Source: Bacteroidota bacterium
GTDB lineage: Bacteria; Bacteroidota; Bacteroidia; Bacteroidales; CG2-30-32-10
Assembly: GCA_013377115.1 (NCBI GenBank)
Contig: JACAAW010000005.1
Span: forward strand, 1,744 to 65,743
Reading direction: 5' to 3'
Length of the DNA stretch: 64,000 nucleotides
Below, one piece after another: positions 1-7,884 of the stretch (within the stretch, counting starts at the first letter, position 1; every line of letters starts with the position of its first letter). Below the pieces are notes generated by a model. It saw only the letters and a program-made list of their open reading frames with translations. It did not search any database and was not told where the DNA came from. The translations under genes were made by a program, and so were the position numbers.

Positions 1-480
1 AAAAGTGAATAATGGAGAGCTAGAAACACCGTGAATGTAAGCTGCTGACTGTAATATTCCAGAAATATCTTTAATAGCATCAATTTTATCCAAATCAGTT
101 TCTAAATCGCTGATTCCCTTTTTATTGATTGCTGCGCTGTCCATTCCTGATGAAAAGAAATCGCCAATTTTTTGTTTATTACTTCCTTTTTTCTCGTCTT
201 TCAAAGCAGCTGAAGATTCGCAAATTTGACGAATCTGTGCATTAACAGTATCCTGAATCAATTGCCAAATACCGTTACTTTGCTCGCTGGCAGGAATTGG
301 GTTTTCTTTAAACCATTTACCAGAAGCGTATAAGAAAAAGTCATCACCTGGTTTAACAGTAGAATCAATATGCGAAGCAAGCGGATCAACAGCTTCTTTT
401 TGCTTTTTCGAATTGTTGTTACATGATGTAATAATCATTGCGGTCGCGATTAAAGTGGAAAAAATGAAGGTTCTTTTCAT
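1..480 (-). CDS. M13 family metallopeptidase (PepO/neprilysin-like), N-terminal 160 codons; gene runs off the left window edge
   Basis: Not in the ORF track. I checked all 160 minus-strand codons from the ATG at 480-478 to position 1 and found no stop. Translation is MKRTFIFSTLIATAMIITSCNNNSKKQKEAVDPLASHIDSTVKPGDDFFLYASGKWFKENPIPASEQSNGIWQLIQD... It has a lipoprotein-like signal (ITSC), then the GDDF-x-Y-x-x-G-x-W motif typical of the M13 N-terminal domain. Confidence 0.75.
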   Translation of the reverse strand, partial: MKRTFIFSTLIATAMIITSCNNNSKKQKEAVDPLASHIDSTVKPGDDFFLYASGKWFKENPIPASEQSNGIWQLIQDTVNAQIRQICESSAALKDEKKGSNKQKIGDFFSSGMDSAAINKKGISDLETDLDKIDAIKDISGILQSAAYIHGVSSSPLFTF

Positions 481-506
481 CGAAATAAGATTTTAAATTA
501 TAGATA

Positions 507-514
507 CAAATGTA
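507..514 (-). promoter_or_regulatory. Bacteroidota-type -7 box (TAnnTTTG) for the M13 peptidase gene
   Basis: Plus strand reads CAAATGTA, which is TACATTTG on the minus strand, 27 nt upstream of the ATG at 480. The motif is short and chance hits occur in AT-rich DNA, so support comes from its position. Confidence 0.45.
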
Positions 515-583
515 TTAATAAAATATTCAAAAACAGACCTTAGATTCAATTAAAACTAATTTTGAAAAGTAATTTGAAGTGAA

Positions 584-591
584 TATCTTTG
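584..591 (+). promoter_or_regulatory. Bacteroidota-type -7 box (TAnnTTTG) with upstream TTTG (-33) for the alcohol dehydrogenase gene
   Basis: TATCTTTG at 584-591, 26 nt before the ATG at 617. TTTG at 561-564 lies 19 nt upstream, matching the spacing described for Bacteroides sigma-A promoters. Confidence 0.55.
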
Positions 592-616
592 TGAATAATC
601 AATAGAGAAAATAGAA

Positions 617-1765
617 ATGGAAAATTTTATCGCATATAATCCAACTTCCCTTCATTTTGGAAAGAACGTTTTAAACAATTTGGGCACTACTGTCGCTCTT
701 TTTGGAAAAAAAGTTTTATTGGTTTATGGAAAGGGTTCTATCAAAAAATCAGGGCTTTATGAAAAAGTTATGTTCCAGCTAAATGAGGTTGGTGCTAAAG
801 TTTTTGAATATTCTGGCATTAAATCAAATCCCATAATTGATGATGTGAATGCCGCAGCAGAAATTGGAAGAAAGAACAATGTTGATGTTGTTTTGGCTGT
901 TGGCGGAGGAAGTGTAATCGATTCAGCAAAAATCATTTCTATTGCGCTTCATGTAAAAAATGATGCCTGGGATTTTTTCGAATATAAAATCAAACCCGAA
1001 AAAGCAAGTCCTTTAATTGCAGTTTTAACTTTAGCTGCTACAGGAACTGAAATGAATCCTTATGCTGTGGTTCAAAATCCAAAAACTGGACAAAAACCTG
1101 GTTATGGCGGACCCCTAATGTATCCAAAACATTCGTTTTTAGATCCTCAAAATACGTTTTCAGTGCCAAAAGATTATACGGCATTCGGAATCGTTGATTT
1201 AATTGCTCATAGTTTGGAGGCATATTTTGGTAAAGGTGATGCAACACTTTCTGATAAATTTGTTTTTGCAACGATTAAAGAAGCATTGGAATTTGGACCA
1301 CTTTTAATGGAAGATTTAAATAATTATGATTTGCGTGCAAAAATTATGTATGCCGCAACTGCTGCACTCAATGGTTTAAATTCATATGGACGAGTTTCTG
1401 GCGACTGGGGAGTTCACGGAATTGGACATTCTTTATCGGTTTTATATGACACGCCTCATGGAGCTTCACTTTCGATTGCTTATCCTGCATGGCTAAAATT
1501 ACAAAAAGATAGAATTCCTGAACGGATTGAAAAACTTGGTTTCGAATTATTCAATTCTGAAAGTGTCGATGACACCATTTATAAACTCGAATATTTCTTT
1601 AAATTGATTGGAAGTCCCACTCGTTTGTCGGATATCGGAATCAATATTGAAACAGAAAAAGAGTTGATTTATGAGAATATGAAAATTAATAAAGTGAATG
1701 GTGCCAATCAAAAACTTACTGGTCCGGACTTTTTGACCTTGATAGATTTAATGGACGCTGAATAA
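617..1765 (+). CDS. iron-containing (group III) alcohol dehydrogenase, YqhD/butanol dehydrogenase-like
   Basis: 382 aa. Carries the Fe-ADH hallmarks GGGSVIDSAK and a His-rich metal site region (IAHSLEA, GVHGIGHSL, TPHG). Confidence 0.85.
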   Translation: MENFIAYNPTSLHFGKNVLNNLGTTVALFGKKVLLVYGKGSIKKSGLYEKVMFQLNEVGAKVFEYSGIKSNPIIDDVNAAAEIGRKNNVDVVLAVGGGSVIDSAKIISIALHVKNDAWDFFEYKIKPEKASPLIAVLTLAATGTEMNPYAVVQNPKTGQKPGYGGPLMYPKHSFLDPQNTFSVPKDYTAFGIVDLIAHSLEAYFGKGDATLSDKFVFATIKEALEFGPLLMEDLNNYDLRAKIMYAATAALNGLNSYGRVSGDWGVHGIGHSLSVLYDTPHGASLSIAYPAWLKLQKDRIPERIEKLGFELFNSESVDDTIYKLEYFFKLIGSPTRLSDIGINIETEKELIYENMKINKVNGANQKLTGPDFLTLIDLMDAE

Positions 1766-2230
1766 ATGAAGCAAGTTATTATTTATACTGATGGTGCTGC
1801 AAAAGGAAATCCCGGTCCTGGTGGATTTGGTGTTGTGATGATGTACGGCACGCACCGAAAGGAAATCTCTCAAGGATTTAGGCATACCACCAATAACCGG
1901 ATGGAATTGTTGAGCGTGATTGTTGGATTAGAAGCCCTCACCAAAGCACCTTTGCCTGTTACGGTATATTCTGATTCGAAATATGTGGTAGATGCGGTGG
2001 AAAAAGGCTGGCTTTTTGGTTGGGAAAAAACAGATTTCAAAAAGAAAAAGAATCCAGATTTGTGGAAACGGTTTCTAAAAATTTACCAGAAACATCATGT
2101 TAAATTTGTTTGGATTAAAGGCCATGCCAATAATAAAGAAAACGAACGTTGCGATGTTTTAGCAGTTGCAGCATCCAATGGAAAAGATTTATTGATTGAC
2201 GAGGTTTATGAGGCTGAAATGGAACAATAA
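1766..2230 (+). CDS. rnhA: ribonuclease HI
   Basis: 154 aa. Contains [29 protein letters not shown] and [18 protein letters not shown], the DEDD catalytic pattern. Its ATG directly abuts the TAA of the upstream gene. Confidence 0.93.
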   Translation: MKQVIIYTDGAAKGNPGPGGFGVVMMYGTHRKEISQGFRHTTNNRMELLSVIVGLEALTKAPLPVTVYSDSKYVVDAVEKGWLFGWEKTDFKKKKNPDLWKRFLKIYQKHHVKFVWIKGHANNKENERCDVLAVAASNGKDLLIDEVYEAEMEQ

Positions 2231-2235
2231 ATAAT

Positions 2236-2265
2236 AAAAAAAGCTGTCAATCGACAGCTTTTTAA
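2236..2265. terminator. bidirectional rho-independent terminator between convergent rnhA and frr
   Basis: An A-run, then stem AGCTGTC (2242-2248), loop AATC, stem GACAGCT (2253-2259), then a T-run. Confidence 0.75.
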
Positions 2266-2273
2266 TTTTAGAT

Positions 2274-2837
2274 TTAAACGGTCATTATATCCGTTTCTTT
2301 GGCTGCAAATAGTTTGTCAACCTTAGTAATATGCGAATTGGTTGCTTCTTGAATATCAGCTTCTAATTTTTTAATCATATCTTCTGGAGTGCCGTCTTTT
2401 TCAAGTTTTTTAGCAGATTCGTTGGCGTCTCTACGAATATTTCTAATGGCAACTTTTGTATTTTCAATTTCTACTTTTGCTCTTTTTACCAAATCTTTTC
2501 TGCGTTCTTCGGTAAGTGGTGGAACAATAATTCTAATTACGATACCATCATTTTGAGGATTGAAACCCAAATTGGCATACATAATTGCTTTTTCAATTGG
2601 AACGAGCATGTTTTTGTCCCAAGGTTGAATAATTAATGTTTTTGGATCTGGTGTATTGATATTGGCAACTTGGCTAAGTGGCGACATGGTTCCATAAGAA
2701 TCAACTCTGACGCTATCGAGCATTTGAGGATTAGATTTACCTGCTCTAATTTTTTGCAATTCAAACTCAAGGTGAGTGATTGCATTTTTCATTTGTTCTT
2801 TTGCTTCTTCTAATACAAATTTAACATCCTCATTCAT
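2274..2837 (-). CDS. frr: ribosome recycling factor
   Basis: 187 aa, full-length RRF-like sequence (LEFELQKIRAGKSNPQMLD..., PPLTEERRKDLVK). Confidence 0.93.
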   Translation of the reverse strand: MNEDVKFVLEEAKEQMKNAITHLEFELQKIRAGKSNPQMLDSVRVDSYGTMSPLSQVANINTPDPKTLIIQPWDKNMLVPIEKAIMYANLGFNPQNDGIVIRIIVPPLTEERRKDLVKRAKVEIENTKVAIRNIRRDANESAKKLEKDGTPEDMIKKLEADIQEATNSHITKVDKLFAAKETDIMTV

Positions 2838-2853
2838 AAAAGTCTTGTTTTAA

Positions 2854-3144
2854 TTATTTATTATCTTCTGATTGTTTTTTTAATTTTTCGTATTCTTTTT
2901 GAACGTATTTTTTGTTCCATTTATAAACTGATAGATAATGGAAAATTACAATGATTCCCCAGCCTGCAGTGGTATAGATTGGCCAAATTGTGAAAACATC
3001 TCCTAAAACATCTTTAGAAAAAGACCATACCAGCCAAAAAAGGATATTTACTAAAAAATAAACGGTGAAATGAATTTTAAAATTTGTTCGATGTTTAGCT
3101 TGGCGCCATAATTCATCGTCTTTTTTAATTTCTGAATCTTCCAT
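2854..3144 (-). CDS. small membrane protein, 2TM-domain-like
   Basis: 96 aa with two hydrophobic helices (FTVYFLVNILFWLVWSF and GWGIIVIFHYLSVY) flanked by charged termini. It sits between pyrH and frr. Confidence 0.6.
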   Translation of the reverse strand: MEDSEIKKDDELWRQAKHRTNFKIHFTVYFLVNILFWLVWSFSKDVLGDVFTIWPIYTTAGWGIIVIFHYLSVYKWNKKYVQKEYEKLKKQSEDNK

Positions 3145-3182
3145 AATTTATTTCTCAACCAATTATTTAGTGAACAATATTA

Positions 3183-3890
3183 CTAAATTTTCACGAAAGT
3201 ACCAATATTTTCTCCTTCAGCGATTCTTTTTAAGTTTCCAACTACGTTCATATTAAATACAATAATTGGAATTTTATTTTCTTTACATAAAGTGAAAGCT
3301 GTAAGATCCATAATATTTAAGCCCTTCTCATACGCTTCATCAAAAGTAATTGTTTCATATTTTGTTGCAGTTTTATCTTTTTCTGGATCAGCAGTGTAAA
3401 TACCATCTACCCTGGTGCCTTTTAAAATAACATCAGCTTTTATTTCAATTGCTCTTAATGCGCTTGCAGTATCTGTGGTAAAAAATGGATTTCCTGTTCC
3501 GCCACTGATAATAACTACTTTGCCTTTTTCTAAATTCTCAATGGCTCTTTTTCTGCTCATTGCTTTGCAAATAGGATCAATTTCAATACCAGATAGGAGT
3601 TGAGTTTTAATATTTAAATTTTCTAAAGCAGATTGAAGAGCCATGCTATTTATCACAGTTGCGAGCATTCCCATATAATCTCCTTGCACTCTATCAAATC
3701 CTTCGGCAGTTCCAGAAAGTCCTCTGAAAATATTTCCACCACCGATAACAATACCAACCTGCACGCCTTTGTCAACCAAATGTTTTACTTCGTTTGCATA
3801 CATTCCAAGGCGTTCTGAATCAATGCCATATTGTTTTTCACCCATTAAGGCTTCACCACTGAGTTTTAAGAGTATTCTTTTGTATTTCAT
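3183..3890 (-). CDS. pyrH: UMP kinase
   Basis: 235 aa. Contains MKYKRILLKLSGEAL, GGGNIFRG and GTGNPFFTTDTA. Confidence 0.94.
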   Translation of the reverse strand: MKYKRILLKLSGEALMGEKQYGIDSERLGMYANEVKHLVDKGVQVGIVIGGGNIFRGLSGTAEGFDRVQGDYMGMLATVINSMALQSALENLNIKTQLLSGIEIDPICKAMSRKRAIENLEKGKVVIISGGTGNPFFTTDTASALRAIEIKADVILKGTRVDGIYTADPEKDKTATKYETITFDEAYEKGLNIMDLTAFTLCKENKIPIIVFNMNVVGNLKRIAEGENIGTFVKI

Positions 3891-3936
3891 TTTGAATCTT
3901 GTTAATTTTCAAAGTAAAAGTAGCACATTTTTTTGA

Positions 3937-3975
3937 TAAAAAAAAAGAGAGAATAAAACATTCTCTCTTTTTTAT
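3937..3975 (-). terminator. rho-independent terminator after tsf
   Basis: Stem AGAGAGAAT (3946-3954) pairs with ATTCTCTCT (3960-3968) around a 5-nt loop. A T-run follows on the minus strand, and also on the plus strand. Confidence 0.7.
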
Positions 3976-3990
3976 AAAAACTTATAATGA

Positions 3991-4824
3991 TTAAGCACCT
4001 AACATCAATCTTTTGAAAGCTGTAGCGGTTAGGTCTTTATCAGCGTTGGCTAAATATTGTCCAACAGTTATTTTATTATCTTTAATAAATTCTTGGCTAA
4101 GTAAAGTATTTTCTTTGAAGAATTTGTTTAGTTTACCTAAAGCAATTTTTTCAACCATTTCTTCAGCTTTTCCTTCTTGACGAGCAAGATCTTTTCCTAT
4201 TTCAATTTCTTTTTCAATAGTTTTTGGATCAACGCTATCTTTATCAACTGCAACAGGGTTCATAGCAGCAATTTGTTTTGCAACTTCTCTTCCCATTTCG
4301 TCAATACCAGCAACATTTTTATTGAAAGAAACAATAGTTGCTAATCTATTTCCGTGATGATTGTATGCGCTAGCAAATTCATTTTCAACAAATTCGTAGT
4401 GAGCAAGTTGAAGTTTTTCGCCAATTTTACCAATTAAATCAGTAGTAGTATCATCAATTGATCTGCCATTGATTTCAAGAGTTTTAAGTTCTTCTAAACT
4501 TTTTGGTGATTTTTCGATAGCAACTGCCATGATATTATCAGCAAAATTGATAAAATCTTGGTTTTTCGCAACGAAATCAGTTTCGCAATTTAACATGATA
4601 ACAAAAGCTTTTTTGTTATCGGCAGAAGTTTTTGCTAAAACAATACCTTCGTTTGCATCTCTGTCAGCTCTATTGCTTGCAAGTTTTTGTCCTTTTTTTC
4701 TAAGGTAATCAATTGCTTTTTCGTAATCTCCATCAGCTTCAACAAGAGCATTTTTGCAGTCCATCATTCCTGCACCAGTTTGTTGGCGTAGTTTATTAAC
4801 TTCAGCAGCAGTAATATTTGCCAT
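3991..4824 (-). CDS. tsf: translation elongation factor Ts
   Basis: 277 aa. N-terminal UBA-like ITAAEVNKLRQQTGAGMMDCKNAL, then a full-length EF-Ts pattern. Confidence 0.94.
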   Translation of the reverse strand: MANITAAEVNKLRQQTGAGMMDCKNALVEADGDYEKAIDYLRKKGQKLASNRADRDANEGIVLAKTSADNKKAFVIMLNCETDFVAKNQDFINFADNIMAVAIEKSPKSLEELKTLEINGRSIDDTTTDLIGKIGEKLQLAHYEFVENEFASAYNHHGNRLATIVSFNKNVAGIDEMGREVAKQIAAMNPVAVDKDSVDPKTIEKEIEIGKDLARQEGKAEEMVEKIALGKLNKFFKENTLLSQEFIKDNKITVGQYLANADKDLTATAFKRLMLGA

Positions 4825-4854
4825 TTTAATATTATATTTTATTTTTTTATTAAA

Positions 4855-5775
4855 TTATTTCTTTTTTGGTCTTGTACCTGCGCCTTTATTAAAAGCTTTT
4901 GGTGCAACTTTTTTACGTTCAGCTGCAGCTTTAGGAGCAAATTCATCTGCTTTAAGTTTAACTTTCGCAGCTAATTTTTTATTTTTAGTATCTTCGCTAT
5001 CTTCTTCATCGATTGCTTCAATAGCAGCTGATTTGATTTCGCTTTCAACAGCTTCATCTCTTTCTTCTTCTGCTTTGTCTTTATCGAATTTTCTTTCTGC
5101 AATACCTTCTTCAATAGAAGCTACAATAGCGCCAACAATTATTGCAATTGATTTTGATGCGTCATCATTAGCTGGAATTGGGAAATCAACTTCATTAGGA
5201 TTAGAGTTGGTATCAACAATTGCAAAAGTTGGAATATTTAACCTTTTTGCTTCAGCAACAGCAATATGTTCTTTTGTGATATCAACAATAAATAATGCAG
5301 ATGGTAATCTTGATAAATCAGAAATACTACCTAAATTCTTTTCTAATTTTGCTCTTTCACGACTAACTTGAAGTCTTTCTCTTTTCGACATATTAGCAAA
5401 AGTTCCATCAGTTTCCATTTTATCAATGGTAGCCATTTTTCTAACTGCTTTTCTGATTGTAGCGAAATTGGTTAGCATACCTCCTGGCCATCTTTCGGTA
5501 ACATAAGGCATATTCACTTTTTTTACTAATTCAGCAACAGTATCTTTCGCTTGTTTTTTAGTAGCAACAAAAAGAATTTTTTTTCCTGATTTTGCAATTT
5601 GTTTAATTGCTGCAGAAGCTTCTTCGATTTTCGCTACAGTTTTATTAAGGTCGATGATATGAATTCCATTACGTTCCATAAAAATATATGGTGCCATATT
5701 TGGGTTCCATTTTCTTTTCAAGTGTCCGAAATGAACACCAGCATCTAACAATTCGCTATAAGTTGTTTTCGCCAT
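4855..5775 (-). CDS. rpsB: 30S ribosomal protein S2 with a charged C-terminal extension
   Basis: 306 aa. The S2 core is present (LLDAGVHFGHLKRKWNP, ERWPGGMLTN). It is followed by roughly 70 aa rich in Glu/Asp/Lys/Ala. Confidence 0.93.
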   Translation of the reverse strand: MAKTTYSELLDAGVHFGHLKRKWNPNMAPYIFMERNGIHIIDLNKTVAKIEEASAAIKQIAKSGKKILFVATKKQAKDTVAELVKKVNMPYVTERWPGGMLTNFATIRKAVRKMATIDKMETDGTFANMSKRERLQVSRERAKLEKNLGSISDLSRLPSALFIVDITKEHIAVAEAKRLNIPTFAIVDTNSNPNEVDFPIPANDDASKSIAIIVGAIVASIEEGIAERKFDKDKAEEERDEAVESEIKSAAIEAIDEEDSEDTKNKKLAAKVKLKADEFAPKAAAERKKVAPKAFNKGAGTRPKKK

Positions 5776-5801
5776 TTTAAATATATATAAATTCTATGAT
5801 A

Positions 5802-6188
5802 TTAACGTTTACTGAATTGGAATTTCTTACGAGCTTTTTTCTGTCCTGGTTTTTTACGTTCAACCATTCTAGGATCTCTAGTCATTAAGCCTTTAGCTTT
5901 TAATGGAGGACGGTTTTCTGCGTCTATTTCGCATAAAGCTCTAGAAATTGCCAAACGCAATGCTTCAGCTTGTCCAGTAACTCCACCACCATCAAGATTT
6001 ACTTTGATGTCGTAAATTCCCATTGAACCAATGATTTCTAAAGGTTGGGTTACCAAATACTGTAATGTGCCTGTTGGAAAGTATTCTTTATAATCTTTAT
6101 TGTTAACAGTGATAACACCGCTTCCGCTTTTCAAGTAAATACGGGCAACAGCAGTCTTTCTTCTACCAATTGTGTTGATAACTTCCAT
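5802..6188 (-). CDS. rpsI: 30S ribosomal protein S9
   Basis: 128 aa. Contains GRRKTAVARI and a C-terminal RKKFQFSKR. Confidence 0.95.
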   Translation of the reverse strand: MEVINTIGRRKTAVARIYLKSGSGVITVNNKDYKEYFPTGTLQYLVTQPLEIIGSMGIYDIKVNLDGGGVTGQAEALRLAISRALCEIDAENRPPLKAKGLMTRDPRMVERKKPGQKKARKKFQFSKR

Positions 6189-6191
6189 GTT

Positions 6192-6647
6192 TTATTTAAT
6201 TGAATTTAAGTTGATTTGTTTTGGTTGTTGTGCTTGGTGTAAATGTTCTGTACCAGCATAAACGTATAAATTTCTGTAAAGTTGGTTAGCCAATTTGTTT
6301 TTTGGCAACATACCTTTAACAGCTTTTTCGATTACAGACTCTGGTTTTTTTGCCAATAATTCTTTTGGGGTAGTAAATCTTTGTCCACCTGGAAAACCAG
6401 TATGTCTAACATAAACCTTATCGGTTAATTTATTACCTGTTAATTTTATTTTTTCAGCATTGATAATTATTACATTATCACCACAATCAGCGTGAGGAGT
6501 GAAGTTTGTTTTTAGCTTTCCTCTAAGTAAACTAGCAACTTTCGAAGCTAAGCGTCCTAATACTTCGTTTTCAGCATCGATTAAAACCCACTCTTTTCTA
6601 GCAGTGTCTTTATTGGCTGAAATTGTCTTATAACTTAATGTATCCAT
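6192..6647 (-). CDS. rplM: 50S ribosomal protein L13
   Basis: 151 aa. Contains [25 protein letters not shown] and [10 protein letters not shown]. Confidence 0.95.
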   Translation of the reverse strand: MDTLSYKTISANKDTARKEWVLIDAENEVLGRLASKVASLLRGKLKTNFTPHADCGDNVIIINAEKIKLTGNKLTDKVYVRHTGFPGGQRFTTPKELLAKKPESVIEKAVKGMLPKNKLANQLYRNLYVYAGTEHLHQAQQPKQINLNSIK

Positions 6648-6697
6648 GTTCTATAAAATAATTATCAAAATGAAAATCCATTTTTAAATTGGGAGTG

Positions 6698-6705
6698 CAA
6701 AGGTA
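6698..6705 (-). promoter_or_regulatory. -7 box (TAnnTTTG) plus -33 TTTG for the rplM-rpsI-rpsB-tsf operon
   Basis: Plus strand CAAAGGTA is TACCTTTG on the minus strand, 51 nt upstream of the rplM ATG. Minus-strand TTTG (plus CAAA at 6725-6728) lies 19 nt further upstream. Confidence 0.55.
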
Positions 6706-7021
6706 TAATTAATTTTTTATTTAACAAATTTACCAACAACAATTTGTTAATAATTTTTCTTTTTTATTGATTTTCAGTTAAAATCGCAGCAAAAATAGGT
6801 TTTTTTCTTTGAAAATTATTTTTTTTAGCTATTGATTATCAATAATTCGAGGAGAAATTTTCCATTTTTTTGAATCCAAGTTTCAAAATTGTATAAATTG
6901 TTGATTCATAATCCTTCAAATCTAGGCTGATTGTAAATGATTCTTAAATACAAGTAAAACAACCTATGTTTTTTCTTGATAATTGCGCTTTTTTACGCTA
7001 TTTACAGCAATGTATTTACCT

Positions 7022-7029
7022 TAATTTTG
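7022..7029 (+). promoter_or_regulatory. -7 box (TAnnTTTG) for the NarL-type response regulator
   Basis: TAATTTTG, 32 nt before the ATG at 7061. Confidence 0.45.
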
Positions 7030-7060
7030 TGATATCAAATACAATTTAAAAGGTTGAGTT

Positions 7061-7735
7061 ATGGAAAAGAAAATACAAATTGTGGTTGTTGATGATCATC
7101 CCATTTTTAGAAAAGGACTCATTCAATTATTATCAGAGATTCCTAGTCTCGAAATTATTGACGAAGCATGCAATGGCCTTGAATTTCTGGAGAAAATTCA
7201 AAAAATTAATGCTGACCTGGTTTTTATGGATATTAAAATGCCTGTTATTAATGGTATTGAGGCAACAAAACAATGTTTATTGTTTCTGCCAAATCTGAAA
7301 ATTATTGCTTTAACCATGTTTGGAGATGAAGAATATTTTCAAAGTATGCTAGATGCTGGTGTTAAAGGATTTTTATTAAAAAACTCAGGGAAAGAAGAAT
7401 TGGAAATGGCAATAAAATCTGTTATGGATGGAAATAGTTATTATTCCTCCGAATTGCTTTCAATCTTAACTAAAAAGTTTGTAAAAAAAGAAGAAAGCCA
7501 ATCAGAAGAAAAATTAACGAAAAACGCCTTTACCAGAAGAGAAATTGAAGTGCTACAACTTATTTGTCAGGGATTAACCAATCAAGAAATCGCTGAAATC
7601 CTATTTATTAGTCAAAGAACTGTTGATGGCCATAGAACCAATTTATTGTCGAAAACAAAAGCTAAAAACACTGTTAACATGGTTACTCAGGCAATAAAAA
7701 ACCATTGGATTGAAACTAGTTTTATTGAGAAATAG
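7061..7735 (+). CDS. response regulator, NarL/FixJ (LuxR-HTH) family; no adjacent kinase
   Basis: 224 aa. The receiver domain shows VVDDHPIFRKGL and DLVFMDIKMP. The C-terminal LuxR-type HTH is TRREIEVLQLICQGLTNQEIAEILFISQRTVDGHRTNLLSK. Confidence 0.9.
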   Translation: MEKKIQIVVVDDHPIFRKGLIQLLSEIPSLEIIDEACNGLEFLEKIQKINADLVFMDIKMPVINGIEATKQCLLFLPNLKIIALTMFGDEEYFQSMLDAGVKGFLLKNSGKEELEMAIKSVMDGNSYYSSELLSILTKKFVKKEESQSEEKLTKNAFTRREIEVLQLICQGLTNQEIAEILFISQRTVDGHRTNLLSKTKAKNTVNMVTQAIKNHWIETSFIEK

Positions 7736-7843
7736 TCAATGAAATGACACTCCAATTTTTGTTTTAATACCTGAATTTCTCCCAATTTACCAATGAGTTT
7801 TTTGTTTCGCAAAATTTCTTATTTTAAAATCAAGAAAAATGAT

Positions 7844-7851
7844 TAATTTTG
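7844..7851 (+). promoter_or_regulatory. -7 box (TAnnTTTG) for ileS
   Basis: TAATTTTG, 34 nt before the ATG at 7885. Confidence 0.45.
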
Positions 7852-7884
7852 CACTCTTTTTTAAAATAAGCACATATTTAATTG

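Noticed and set aside
4754-5371. A 205-aa plus-strand ORF rich in Ser, Ala, Leu and Phe.
   Set aside because: It lies entirely antisense to rpsB and tsf, is low-complexity, and has no start context. It is a typical shadow ORF of a highly expressed gene.
6721-6750. A perfect 10-bp inverted repeat (TTAACAAATT / AATTTGTTAA) followed by a T-rich run, considered as a terminator or small RNA 3' end.
   Set aside because: The stem is almost entirely A/T. No plus-strand gene or promoter lies upstream. It overlaps the predicted -33 element of the rplM promoter, so it is probably incidental or an operator.
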